The notes below the pieces were generated by a model. It saw nothing but the letters and a program-made list of their open reading frames with translations, had not been told where the DNA came from and did no database searches. A stretch of DNA of 32,000 nt from Flavobacteriaceae bacterium (GTDB lineage: Bacteria; Bacteroidota; Bacteroidia; Flavobacteriales; Flavobacteriaceae), in the NCBI GenBank assembly GCA_965224465.1, contig OZ245049.1, positions 2,040,001 to 2,072,000 of the forward strand, given 5' to 3'. Of this stretch, positions 12,001-24,000 are shown piece after piece; the first letter of the stretch is position 1; every line of letters starts with the position of its first letter. The translations under genes and the position numbers were made by a program.

Positions 12001-15000
12001 GCAGTAATCGTGTGAACACTGTCTGCACATCCTGCATAACTAACTGTGATTTTTACATCTGTTTTATTTTCTATCCCTGTGATACTTGTCGTTCCAATAG
12101 TTACTCCTGAAAGCGCTGCTCCTGCTGCGTCTGTAATTACAAGTGTTGCTCCTGGGATTATTTTATAACTAATAGTATAGCTAGCTGCTCCGTTACTTGC
12201 ACAACTAGTACCTCCTATTGAAATAAGTGCATTTTCACATGGATCTAAACAATCTACTGGACTGGTCACTGCCATGGTCACCACACAATCAGTTCCGTTC
12301 TTCGCCTCGATGCTCATTGGTGTTCCTATAACTCCTGTGGCTGTTCCGTCTGCATTGTCTGTTCCTCCTGTTACTGTAATGGTTGCTCCTGTACTTTCGC
12401 CGTAGCTTACCGTATAACTTGTGGCGTTCATACCATCACAAATTGCTTGCCCTACCACTAACTGTGGCAGTTTACAATCTGTTGGACAGGTTGCCAAGCC
12501 TTTTACTTCTAGGGTTGTGGTACAATTATTTCCGTTTTTAGCGGTAATTATAACATCGGTTCCTAAAACAGCTGTTACAATATTCCCTGCTAATGTTCCT
12601 CCGACTACTGTAATGTTTGTAGGCATATCTGCAACATCTGTGTAAATCTCGAAGGTATAATTCGCTGTTCCATCACAGGCAATTGGTCCTGTACTTAAGA
12701 CTGGTTTTATACATTCTGGACAGTCTGTTGGAGCAGTAATCGTGTGAACACTGTCTGCACATCCTGCATAACTAACTGTGATTTTTACATCTGTTTTATT
12801 TTCTATTCCTGTGATACTTGTCGTTCCAATAGTTACTCCTGAAAGCGCTGCTCCTGCTGCGTCTGTAATTACAAGTGTTGCTCCTGGGATTATTTTATAA
12901 CTAATAGTATAGCTAGCCGCTCCGTTACTTGCACAACTAGTACCCCCTATTGAAATAAGTGGATTTTCACATGGATCTAAACAATCTACTGGACTGGTCA
13001 CTGCCATGGTCACCACACAATCAGTTCCGTTCTTCGCCTCGATGCTCATTGGTGTTCCAATAACTCCTGTGGCTGTTCCGTCTGCGTTGTCTGTTCCTCC
13101 TGTTACCGTTATGGTTGCTCCTGTACTTTCGCCGTAGCTTACCGTATAACTTGTGGCGTTCATACCATCACAAATTGCTTGCCCTACCACTAACTGTGGT
13201 AGTTTACAATCTGTTGGACAGCTTGCCAAGCCTTTTACTTCTAGGGTTGTGGTACAGCTAGCTCCGTTTTTAGCAGTAATTATAACATCGGTTCCTAATA
13301 GCGCTGTTACTGTAGTTCCTACTAATGATGCTCCTGTCGAAAGTGTAATATCATTTGACATATCTGCAACATCGGTGTAAATCTCGAAGGTATAATTCGC
13401 TGTTCCATCACAGGCAATTGGGCCTGTACTCAATGTTGGTCTTTTACATTCAGGACAGTCTGTTGGGGCAGTAATCGTGTGAACACTGTCTGCACATCCT
13501 GCATAACTAACTGTGATTTTTACATCTGTTCCGTTTGGTATTCCTGTGATACTTGTCGTTCCAATAGTTGCTTCTGCAATCGCTGCATCTGCTGCATCTG
13601 TAATTACAAGTGTTGCTCCTGGGATTATTTTATAACTAATAGTATAGCTAGCTGCTCCGCTACTTGCACAACTAGTACCTCCTATTGAAACAAGTGGATT
13701 TTCACATGGATCTAAACAATCTACTGGACTGGTCACTTCCATGGTCACCACACAATCAGTTCCGTTCTTCGCCTCGATGCTCATTGGTGTTCCAATAACT
13801 CCTGTGGCTGTTCCGTCTGCGTTGTCTGTTCCTCCTGTTACCGTTATAGTAGCTCCTGTACTTTCGCCGTAGCTTACCGTATAACTTGTGGCGTTCATAC
13901 CATCACAAATTGCTTGCCCTACCACTAACTGTGGTAGTTTACAATCTGTTGGACAGCTTGCCAAGCCTTTTACTTCTAGGGTTGTGGTACAGCTAGCTCC
14001 GTTTTTAGCGGTAATTATAACATCGGTTCCTAAAGGAGCTGTTACTGTAGTTCCATTCAATGATGCTCCTGTCGAAAGTGTAATATCACTTGACATATCT
14101 GCAACATCGGTGTAAATCTCGAAGGTATAATCAGCTGTTCCATCACAGGCGATTGGACCTGTACTTAAGACTGGTTTTATACATTCAGGACAGTCTGTTG
14201 GGGCAGTAATCGTGTGAACACTGTCTGCACATCCTGCATAACTAACTGTGATTTTTACATCTGTTTTATTTTCTATCCCTGTGATACTATTCGTTCCAAT
14301 AGTTACTCCTGAAAGCGCTGCTCCTGCTGCGTCTGTAATTACAAGTGTTGCTCCTGGGATTGTTTTATAACTAATAGTATAGCTAGCTGCTCCGTTACTT
14401 GCACAACTAGTACCTCCTATTGAAATAAGTGGATTTTCACATGGATCTAAACAATCTACTGGACTGGTCACTTCCATGGTCACCACACAATCAGTTCCGT
14501 TCTTCGCCTCGATGCTCATTGGTGTTCCAATAACTCCTGTGGCCGTTCCGTCTGCGTTGTCTGTTCCCCCTGTTACCGTTATGGTTGCCCCTGTACTTTC
14601 GCCGTAGCTTACCGTATAACTTGTGGCATTCATACCATCACAAATTGCTTGCCCTACCACTAACTGTGGCAGTTTACAATCTGTTGGACAACTTGCCAAG
14701 CCTTTTACTTCTAGGGTTGTGGTACAGCTAGCTCCGTTTTTAGCGGTAATTATAACATCGGTTCCTAAAGGAGCTGTTACTGTAGTTCCTACTAATGATG
14801 CTCCTGTCGAAAGTGTAATATCATTTGACATATCTGCAACATCGGTGTAAATCTCGAAGGTATAATCAGCTGTTCCATCACAGGCGATTGGGCCTGTACT
14901 TAAGACTGGTTTTTTACATTCTGGACAGTCTGTTGGGGCAGTAATCGTGTGAACACTGTCTGCACATCCTGCATAACTAACTGTGATTTTTACATCTGTT

Positions 15001-18000
15001 CCGTTTGGTATCCCTGAGATACTTGTCGTTCCAATAGTTGCTCCTGCAATTGCTGCATCTGCTGCGTCTGTAATTACAAGTGTTGCGCCTGGGATTGTTT
15101 TATAACTAATAGTATAAGTATCCGTTCCGTCAGTTGCACAACTAGTACCTCCTATTGAAACAAGTGGATTTTCACATGGATCTAAACAATCTGCTGGACT
15201 GGTCACTGCCATGGTCACCACACAATCAGTTCCGTTCTTCGCCTCGATGCTCATTGGTGTTCCAATAACTCCTGTGGCTGTTCCGTCTGCGTTGTCTGTT
15301 CCTCCTGTTACCGTTATGGTTGCTCCTGTACTTTCGCCGTAGCTTACCGTATAACTTGTGGCGTTCATACCATCACAAATTGCTTGCCCTACTACTAACT
15401 GTGGTAGTTTACAATCTGTTGGACAGGTTGCCAAGCCTTTTACTTCTAGGGTTGTGGTACAGCTAGCTCCGTTTTTAGCAGTAATTATAACATCGGTTCC
15501 TAATAGCGCTGTTACTGTAGTTCCTACTAATGATGCTCCTGTCGAAAGTGTAATATCATTTGACATATCTGCAACATCGGTGTAAATCTCGAAGGTATAA
15601 TTCGCTGTTCCATCACAGGCGATTGGGCCTGTACTTAAGACTGGTTTTATACATTCAGGACAGTCTGTTGGGGCAGTAATCGTGTGAACACTGTCTGCAC
15701 ATCCTGCATAACTAACTGTGATTTTTACATCTGTTTTATTTTCTATTCCTGTGATACTTGTCGTTCCAATAGTTGCTCCTGCAATTGCTGCATCTGCTGC
15801 GTCTGTAATTACAAGTGTTGCACCTGGGATTGTTTTATAACTAATAGTATAGGTATCCGTTCCGTCAGTTGCACAACTAGTACCTCCTATTGAAACAAGT
15901 GGATTTTCACATGGATCTAAACAATCTGCTGGACTGGTCACTTCCATGGTCACCACACAATCAGTTCCGTTCTTCGCCTCGATGCTCATTGGTGTTCCAA
16001 TAACTCCTGTGGCTGTTCCGTCTGCGTTGTCTGTTCCGCCTGTTACCGTTATGGTTGCTCCAGTACTTTCGCCGTAGCTTACCGTATAACTTGTGGCGTT
16101 TATACCATCACAAATTGCTTGCCCTACCACCAACTGTGGTAGTTTACAATCTGTTGGACAGCTTGCCAAGCCTTTTACCTCTAGGGTTGTGGTACAATTA
16201 TCTCCGTTTTTAGCGGTGATTGTAACATCGGTTCCTAAAGGAGCTGTTACAATATTCCCTGCTAATGATGCTCCTATCGAAAGTGTAATATCACTTGACA
16301 TATCAGCAACATCGGTGTAAATCTCGAAGGTATAATTCGCTGTTCCATCACAGGCGATTGGGCCTGTACTTAAGACTGGTTTTATACATTCAGGACAGTC
16401 TGTTGGGGCAGTAATCGTGTGAACACTGTCTGCACATCCTGCATAACTAACTGTGATTTTTACATCCGTTCCGTTTGGTATCCCTGAGATACTTGTCGTT
16501 CCAACAGTTGCTCCTGCAATCGCTGCATCTGCGGCGTCTGTAATTACAAGTGTTGCGCCTGGGATTGTTTTATAACTAATAGTGTAAGTATCCGTTCCGT
16601 TACTTGCACAACTAGTACCTCCTATTGAAACAAGTGGATTTTCACATGGATCTAAACAATCTGCTGGACTGGTCACTTCCATGGTCACCACACAATCAGT
16701 TCCGTTCTTCGCCTCGATGCTCATTGGTGTTCCAATAACTCCTGTGGCTGTTCCGTCTGCGTTGTCTGTTCCGCCTGTTACCGTTATGGTAGCTCCTGTA
16801 CTTTCACCGTAGCTTACCGTATAACTTGTGCCGTTTATACCATCACAAATTGCTTGCCCTACCACTAACTGTGGTAGTTTACAATCTGTTGGACAGCTTG
16901 CCAAGCCTTTTACTTCTAGGGTTGTGGTACAGTTAGCTCCGTTTTTAGCGGTGATTGTAACATCGGTTCCTAAAGGAGCTGTTACAATATTCCCTGTTAA
17001 TGATGCTCCTATCGAAAGTGTAATATCACTTGACATATCTGCAACATCTGTATAAATCTCGAAGGTATAATTCGCTGTTCCATCACAGGCGATTGGACCT
17101 GTACTTAAGACTGGTTTTTTACATTCAGGACAGTCTGTTGGGGCAGTAATCGTGTGAACACTGTCTGCACATCCTGCATAACTAACTGTGATTTTTACAT
17201 CCGTTCCGTTTGGTATTCCTGTGATACTTGTCGTTCCAATAGTTGCTCCTGCAATCGCTGCATCTGCGGCGTCTGTAATTACAAGTGTTGCACCTGGGAT
17301 TGTTTTATAACTAATAGTATAGGTATCCGTTCCGTCAGTTGCACAACTAGTACCTCCTATTGAAACAAGTGGATTTTCACATGGATCTAAACAATCTGCT
17401 GGACTGGTTACTTCCATGGTCACCACACAATCAGTTCCGTTCTTCGCCTCGATGCTCATTGGTGTTCCAATAACTCCTGTGGCTGTTCCGTCTGCGTTGT
17501 CTGTTCCGCCTGTTACCGTTATGGTAGCTCCAGTACTTTCACCGTAGCTTACCGTATAACTTGTGGCGTTTATACCATCACAAATTGCTTGCCCTACCAC
17601 TAACTGTGGTAGTTTACAATCTGTTGGACAGGTTGCCAAGCCTTTTACTTCTAGGGTTGTGGTACAATTATTTCCGTTTTTAGCGGTGATTGTAACATCG
17701 GTTCCTAAAGGAGCTGTTACAATATTCCCTGTTAATGTTCCTCCGACTACTGTAATGTTTGTAGGCATATCAGCAACATCTGTATAAATCTCGAAGGTAT
17801 AATCAGCTGTTCCATCACAGGCAATTGGACCTGTACTCAATGTTGGTTTTTTACATTCTGGACAGTCTGTTGGGGCAGTAATCATGTGAACACTGTCTGC
17901 ACATCCTGCATAACTAACTGTGATTTTTACATCCGTTCCGTTTGGTATTCCAGTGATACTTGTCGTTCCATTAGTTGCTCCTGCAATCGCTGCATCTGCG

Positions 18001-21000
18001 GCGTCTGTAATTACAAGTGTTGCGCCTGGTATTGTTTTATAACTAATAGTATAGGTATCCGTTCCGTCAGTTGCACAACTAGTACCTCCTATTGAAACAA
18101 GTGGATTTTCACATGGATCTAAACAATCTGCTGGACTGGTCACTTCCATGGTCACCACACAATCAGTTCCGTTCTTCGCCTCGATGCTCATTGGTGTTCC
18201 AATAACTCCTGTGGCTGTTCCGTCTGCATTGTCTGTTCCGCCTGTTACCGTTATGGTAGCTCCTGTACTTTCGCCGTAGCTTACCGTATAACTTGTGGCG
18301 TTCATACCATCACAAATTGCTTGCCCTACCACTAACTGTGGTAGTTTACAATCTGTTGGACAGCTTGCCAAGCCTTTTACTTCTAGGGTTGTGGTACAGT
18401 TAGCTCCGTTTTTAGCGGTAATTATAACATCGGTTCCTAAAGGAGCTGTTACAATATTCCCTGTTAATGATGCTCCTATCGAAAGTGTAATATCACTTGA
18501 CATATCTGCAACATCGGTGTAAATCTCGAAGGTATAATCAGCTCCTCCATCACAGGCAATTGGGCCTGTACTTAAGACTGGTTTTTTACATTCTGGACAG
18601 TCTGTTGGGGCAGTAATCGTGTGAACACTGTCTGCACATCCTGCATAACTAACTGTGATTTTTACATCTGTTCCGTTTGGTATTCCTGTGATACTTGTCG
18701 TTCCAATAGTTGCTCCTGCAATCGCTGCATCTGCTGCGTCTGTAATTGCAAGTGTTGCTCCTGGGATTGTTTTATAACTAATAGTATAGGTATCCGTTCC
18801 GTCAGTTGCACAACTAGTACCTCCTATTGAAACAAGTGGATTTTCACATGGATCTGAACAATCTGCTGGACTGGTCACTTCCATGGTCACCACACAATCA
18901 GTTCCGTTCTTCGCCTCGATGCTCATTGGTGTTCCAATAACTCCTGTGGCTGTTCCGTCTGCATTGTCTGTTCCGCCTGTTACCGTTATGGTAGCTCCTG
19001 TACTTTCGCCGTAGCTTACCGTATAACTTGTGGCGTTTATACCATCACAAATTGCTTGCCCTACCACTAACTGTGGTAGTTTACAATCTGTTGGACAGGT
19101 TGCCAAGCCTTTTACTTCTAGGGTTGTGGTACAATTATTTCCGTTTTTAGCGGTGATTGTAACATCGGTTCCTAAAGGAGCTGTTACAATATTCCCTGTT
19201 AATGTTCCTCCGACTACTGTAATGTTTGTAGGCATATCAGCAACATCTGTATAAATCTCGAAGGTATAATCAGCTGTTCCATCACAGGCGATTGGGCCTG
19301 TACTCAATGTTGGTCTTTTACATTCAGGACAGTCTGTTGGGGCAGTAATCGTGTGAACACTGTCTGCACATCCTGCATAACTAACTGTGATTTTTACATC
19401 CGTTCCGTTTGGTATCCCTGAGATACTTGTCGTTCCAACAGTTGCTCCTGCAATCGCTGCATCTGCGGCGTCTGTAATTACAAGTGTTGCACCTGGGATT
19501 GTTTTATAACTAATAGTATAGGTATCCGTTCCGTCAGTTGCACAACTAGTACCTCCTATTGAAACAAGTGGATTTTTACATGGATCTAAACAATCTGCTG
19601 GACTGGTTACTTCCATGGTCACCACACAATCAGTTCCGTTCTTCGCCTCGATGCTCATTGGTGTTCCAATAACTCCTGTGGCTGTTCCGTCTGCGTTGTC
19701 TGTTCCACCTGTTACCGTTATGGTTACTCCTGTACTTTCACCGTAGCTTACCGTATAACTTGTGGCGTTCATACCATCACAAATTGCTTGCCCTAGCACT
19801 AACTGTGGTAGTTTACAATCTGTTGGGCAGGTTACCAAGCCTTTTACTTCTAGGGTTGTGGTACAGTTAGCTCCGTTTTTAGCGATAATTATTACATCGG
19901 TTCCTAAAGGAGCTGATACTGTAGTTCCATTCAATGATGCTCCTGTCGAAAGTGTAATATCACTTGACATATCTGCAACATCTGTATAAATCTCGAAGGT
20001 ATAATCAGCTGTTCCATCACAGGCAATTGGGCCTGTACTTAAGACTGGTTTTTTACATTCTGGACAGTCTGTTGGGGCAGTAATCGTGTGAACACTGTCT
20101 GCACATCCTGCATAACTAACTGTGATTTTTACATCTGTTCCGTTTGGTATCCCTGAGATACTTGTCGTTCCAATAGTTGCTCCTGCAATTGCTGCATCTG
20201 CTGCGTCTGTAATTACAAGTGTTGCGCCTGGGATTGTTTTATAACTAATAGTATAGGTATCCGTTCCGTCAGTTGCACAACTAGTACCTCCTATTGAAAC
20301 AAGTGGATTTTCACATGGATCTAAACAATCTGCTGGACTGGTTACTTCCATGGTCACCACACAATCAGTTCCGTTCTTCGCCTCGATGCTCATTGGTGTT
20401 CCAATAACTCCTGTGGCTGTTCCGTCTGCATTGTCTGTTCCGCCTGTTACCGTTATGGTAGCTCCTGTACTTTCGCCGTAGCTTACCGTATAACTTGTGG
20501 CGTTCATACCATCACAAATTGCTTGCCCTACCACTAACTGTGGTAGTTTACAATCTGTTGGGCAGGTTACCAAGCCTTTTACTTCTAGGGTTGTGGTACA
20601 GTTAGCTCCGTTTTTAGCGATAATTATTACATCGGTTCCTAAAGGAGCTGATACTGTAGTTCCATTCAATGATGCTCCTGTCGAAAGTGTAATATCACTT
20701 GACATATCTGCAACATCTGTATAAATCTCGAAGGTATAATCAGCTGTTCCATCACAGGCAATTGGACCTGTACTCAATGTTGGTTTTTTACATTCAGGAC
20801 AGTCTGTTGGGGCAGTAATCGTGTGAACACTGTCTGCACATCCTGCATAACTAACTGTGATTTTTACATCTGTTCCGTTTGGTATCCCTGAGATACTTGT
20901 CGTTCCAATAGTTACTCCTGAAAGCGCTGCTCCTGCTGCGTCTGTAATTACAAGTGTTGCTCCTGGGATTATTTTATAACTAATAGTATAGCTAGCTGCT

Positions 21001-24000
21001 CCGTTACTTGCACAACTAGTACCTCCTATTGAAACAAGTGGATTTTCACATGGATCTAAACAATCTGCTGGACTGGTCACTTCCATGGTCACCACACAAT
21101 CAGTTCCGTTCTTCGCCTCGATGCTCATTGGTGTTCCAATAACTCCTGTGGCTGTTCCGTCTGCGTTGTCTGTTCCGCCTGTTACCGTTATGGTTGCTCC
21201 AGTACTTTCGCCGTAGCTTACCGTATAACTTGTGGCGTTTATACCATCACAAATTGCTTGCCCTACCACTAACTGTGGTAGTTTACAATCTGTTGGACAG
21301 CTTGCCAAGCCTTTTACTTCTAGGGTTGTGGTACAGCTAGCTCCGTTTTTAGCAGTAATTATAACATCGGTTCCTAATAGCGCTGTTACTGTAGTTCCTA
21401 CTAATGATGCTCCTGTCGAAAGTGTAATATCACTTGACATATCTGCAACATCGGTGTAAATCTCGAAGGTATAATCAGCTCCTCCATCACAGGCAATTGG
21501 GCCTGTACTCAATGTTGGTCTTTTACATTCAGGACAGTCTGTTGAGGCAGTAATCATGTGAACACTGTCTGCACATCCTGCATAACTAACTGTGATTTTT
21601 ACATCCGTTCCGTTTGGTATTCCAGTGATACTTGTCGTTCCAATAGTTGCTCCTGCAATCGCTGCATCTGCGGCGTCTGTAATTACAAGTGTTGCGCCTG
21701 GTATTGTTTTATAACTAATAGTATAGGTATCCGTTCCGTCAGTTGCACAACTAGTACCTCCTATTGAAACAAGTGGATTTTCACATGGATCTAAACAATC
21801 TACTGGACTGGTCACTTCCATGGTCACCACACAATCAGTTCCGTTCTTCGCCTCGATGCTCATTGGTGTTCCAATAACTCCTGTGGCTGTTCCGTCTGCA
21901 TTGTCTGTTCCTCCTGTTACTGTTATGGTTGCTCCTGTACTTTCACCGTAGCTTACCGTATAACTTGTGGCGTTCATACCATCACAAATTGCTTGCCCTA
22001 GCACTAACTGTGGTAGTTTACAATCTGTTGGGCAGGTTACCAAGCCTTTTACTTCTAGGGTTGTGGTACAGTTAGCTCCGTTTTTAGCGATAATTATTAC
22101 ATCGGTTCCTAAAGGAGCTGATACTGTAGTTCCATTCAATGATGCTCCTGTCGAAAGTGTAATATCACTTGACATATCTGCAACATCTGTATAAATCTCG
22201 AAGGTATAATCAGCTGTTCCATCACAGGCAATTGGACCTGTACTCAATGTTGGTTTTTTACATTCTGGACAGTCTGTTGGGGCAGTAATCATGTGAACAC
22301 TGTCTGCACATCCTGCATAACTAACTGTGATTTTTACATCCGTTCCGTTTGGTATTCCAGTGATACTTGTCGTTCCAATAGTTGCTCCTGCAATCGCTGC
22401 ATCTGCGGCGTCTGTAATTACAAGTGTTGCGCCTGGGATTGTTTTATAACTAATAGTATAGGTATCCGTTCCGTCAGTTGCACAACTAGTACCTCCTATT
22501 GAAACAAGTGGATTTTCACATGGATCTAAACAATCTGCTGGACTGGTCACTTCCATGGTCACCACACAATCAGTTCCGTTCTTCGCCTCGATGCTCATTG
22601 GTGTTCCAATAACTCCTGTGGCTGTTCCGTCTGCGTTGTCTGTTCCGCCTGTTACCGTTATGGTTGCTCCAGTACTTTCGCCGTAGCTTACCGTATAACT
22701 TGTGGCGTTTATACCATCACAAATTGCTTGCCCTACCACTAACTGTGGTAGTTTACAATCTGTTGGACAGGTTGCCAAGCCTTTTACCTCTAGGGTTGTG
22801 GTACAGTTAGCTCCGTTTTTAGCGGTGATTGTAACATCGGTTCCTAAAGGAGCTGATACTGTAGTTCCATTCAATGATGCTCCTGTCGAAAGTGTAATAT
22901 CACTTGACATATCTGCAACATCGGTGTAAATCTCGAAGGTATAATTCGCTGTTCCATCACAGGCGATTGGGCCTGTACTCAATGTTGGTCTTTTACATTC
23001 AGGACAGTCTGTTGGGGCAGTAATCGTGTGAACACTGTCTGCACATCCTGCATAACTAACTGTGATTTTTACATCTGTTCCGTTTGGTATCCCTGAGATA
23101 CTTGTCGTTCCAATAGTTGCTCCTGCAATTGCTGCATCTGCTGCGTCTGTAATTACAAGTGTTGCGCCTGGTATTGTTTTATAACTAATAGTATAGGTAT
23201 CCGTTCCGTCACTTGCACAACTAGTACCTCCTATTGAAACAAGTGGATTTTCACATGGATCTAAACAATCTGCTGGACTGGTCACTTCCATGGTCACCAC
23301 ACAATCAGTTCCGTTCTTCGCCTCGATGCTCATTGCTGTTCCAATAACTCCTGTGGCTGTTCCGTCTGCATTGTCTGTTCCTCCTGTTACCGTTATGGTT
23401 GCTCCTGTACTTTCGCCGTAGCTTACCGTATAACTTGTGGCGTTCATACCATCACAAATTGCTTGCCCTACCACTAACTGTGGTAGTTTACAATCTGTTG
23501 GACAACTTGCCAAGCCTTTTACTTCTAGGGTTGTGGTACAGCTAGCTCCGTTTTTAGCGGTAATTATAACATCGGTTCCTAAAGGAGCTGTTACTGTAGT
23601 TCCTACTAATGATGCTCCTGTCGAAAGTGTAATATCATTTGACATATCTGCAACATCGGTGTAAATCTCGAAGGTATAATCAGCTGTTCCATCACAGGCG
23701 ATTGGGCCTGTACTTAAGACTGGTTTTTTACATTCTGGACAGTCTGTTGGGGCAGTAATCGTGTGAACACTGTCTGCACATCCTGCATAACTAACTGTGA
23801 TTTTTACATCTGTTCCGTTTGGTATCCCTGAGATACTTGTCGTTCCAATAGTTGCTCCTGCAATTGCTGCATCTGCTGCGTCTGTAATTACAAGTGTTGC
23901 GCCTGGGATTGTTTTATAACTAATAGTATAAGTATCCGTTCCGTCAGTTGCACAACTAGTACCTCCTATTGAAACAAGTGGATTTTCACATGGATCTAAA

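Noticed and set aside
5148-19829. 732-bp units as frameshifted or pseudogenised copies
   Set aside because: The length difference is exactly one codon inside a coherent alternative cassette. Translation stays open on both sides.
5403-22502. A family of plus-strand 69-aa Cys-rich ORFs (MNTVCTSCITNCDFY...)
   Set aside because: These are antisense artefacts. They are present only where module B carries enough B2-type sequence to keep the antisense frame open, and B1 closes that frame. There is no independent coding signal.
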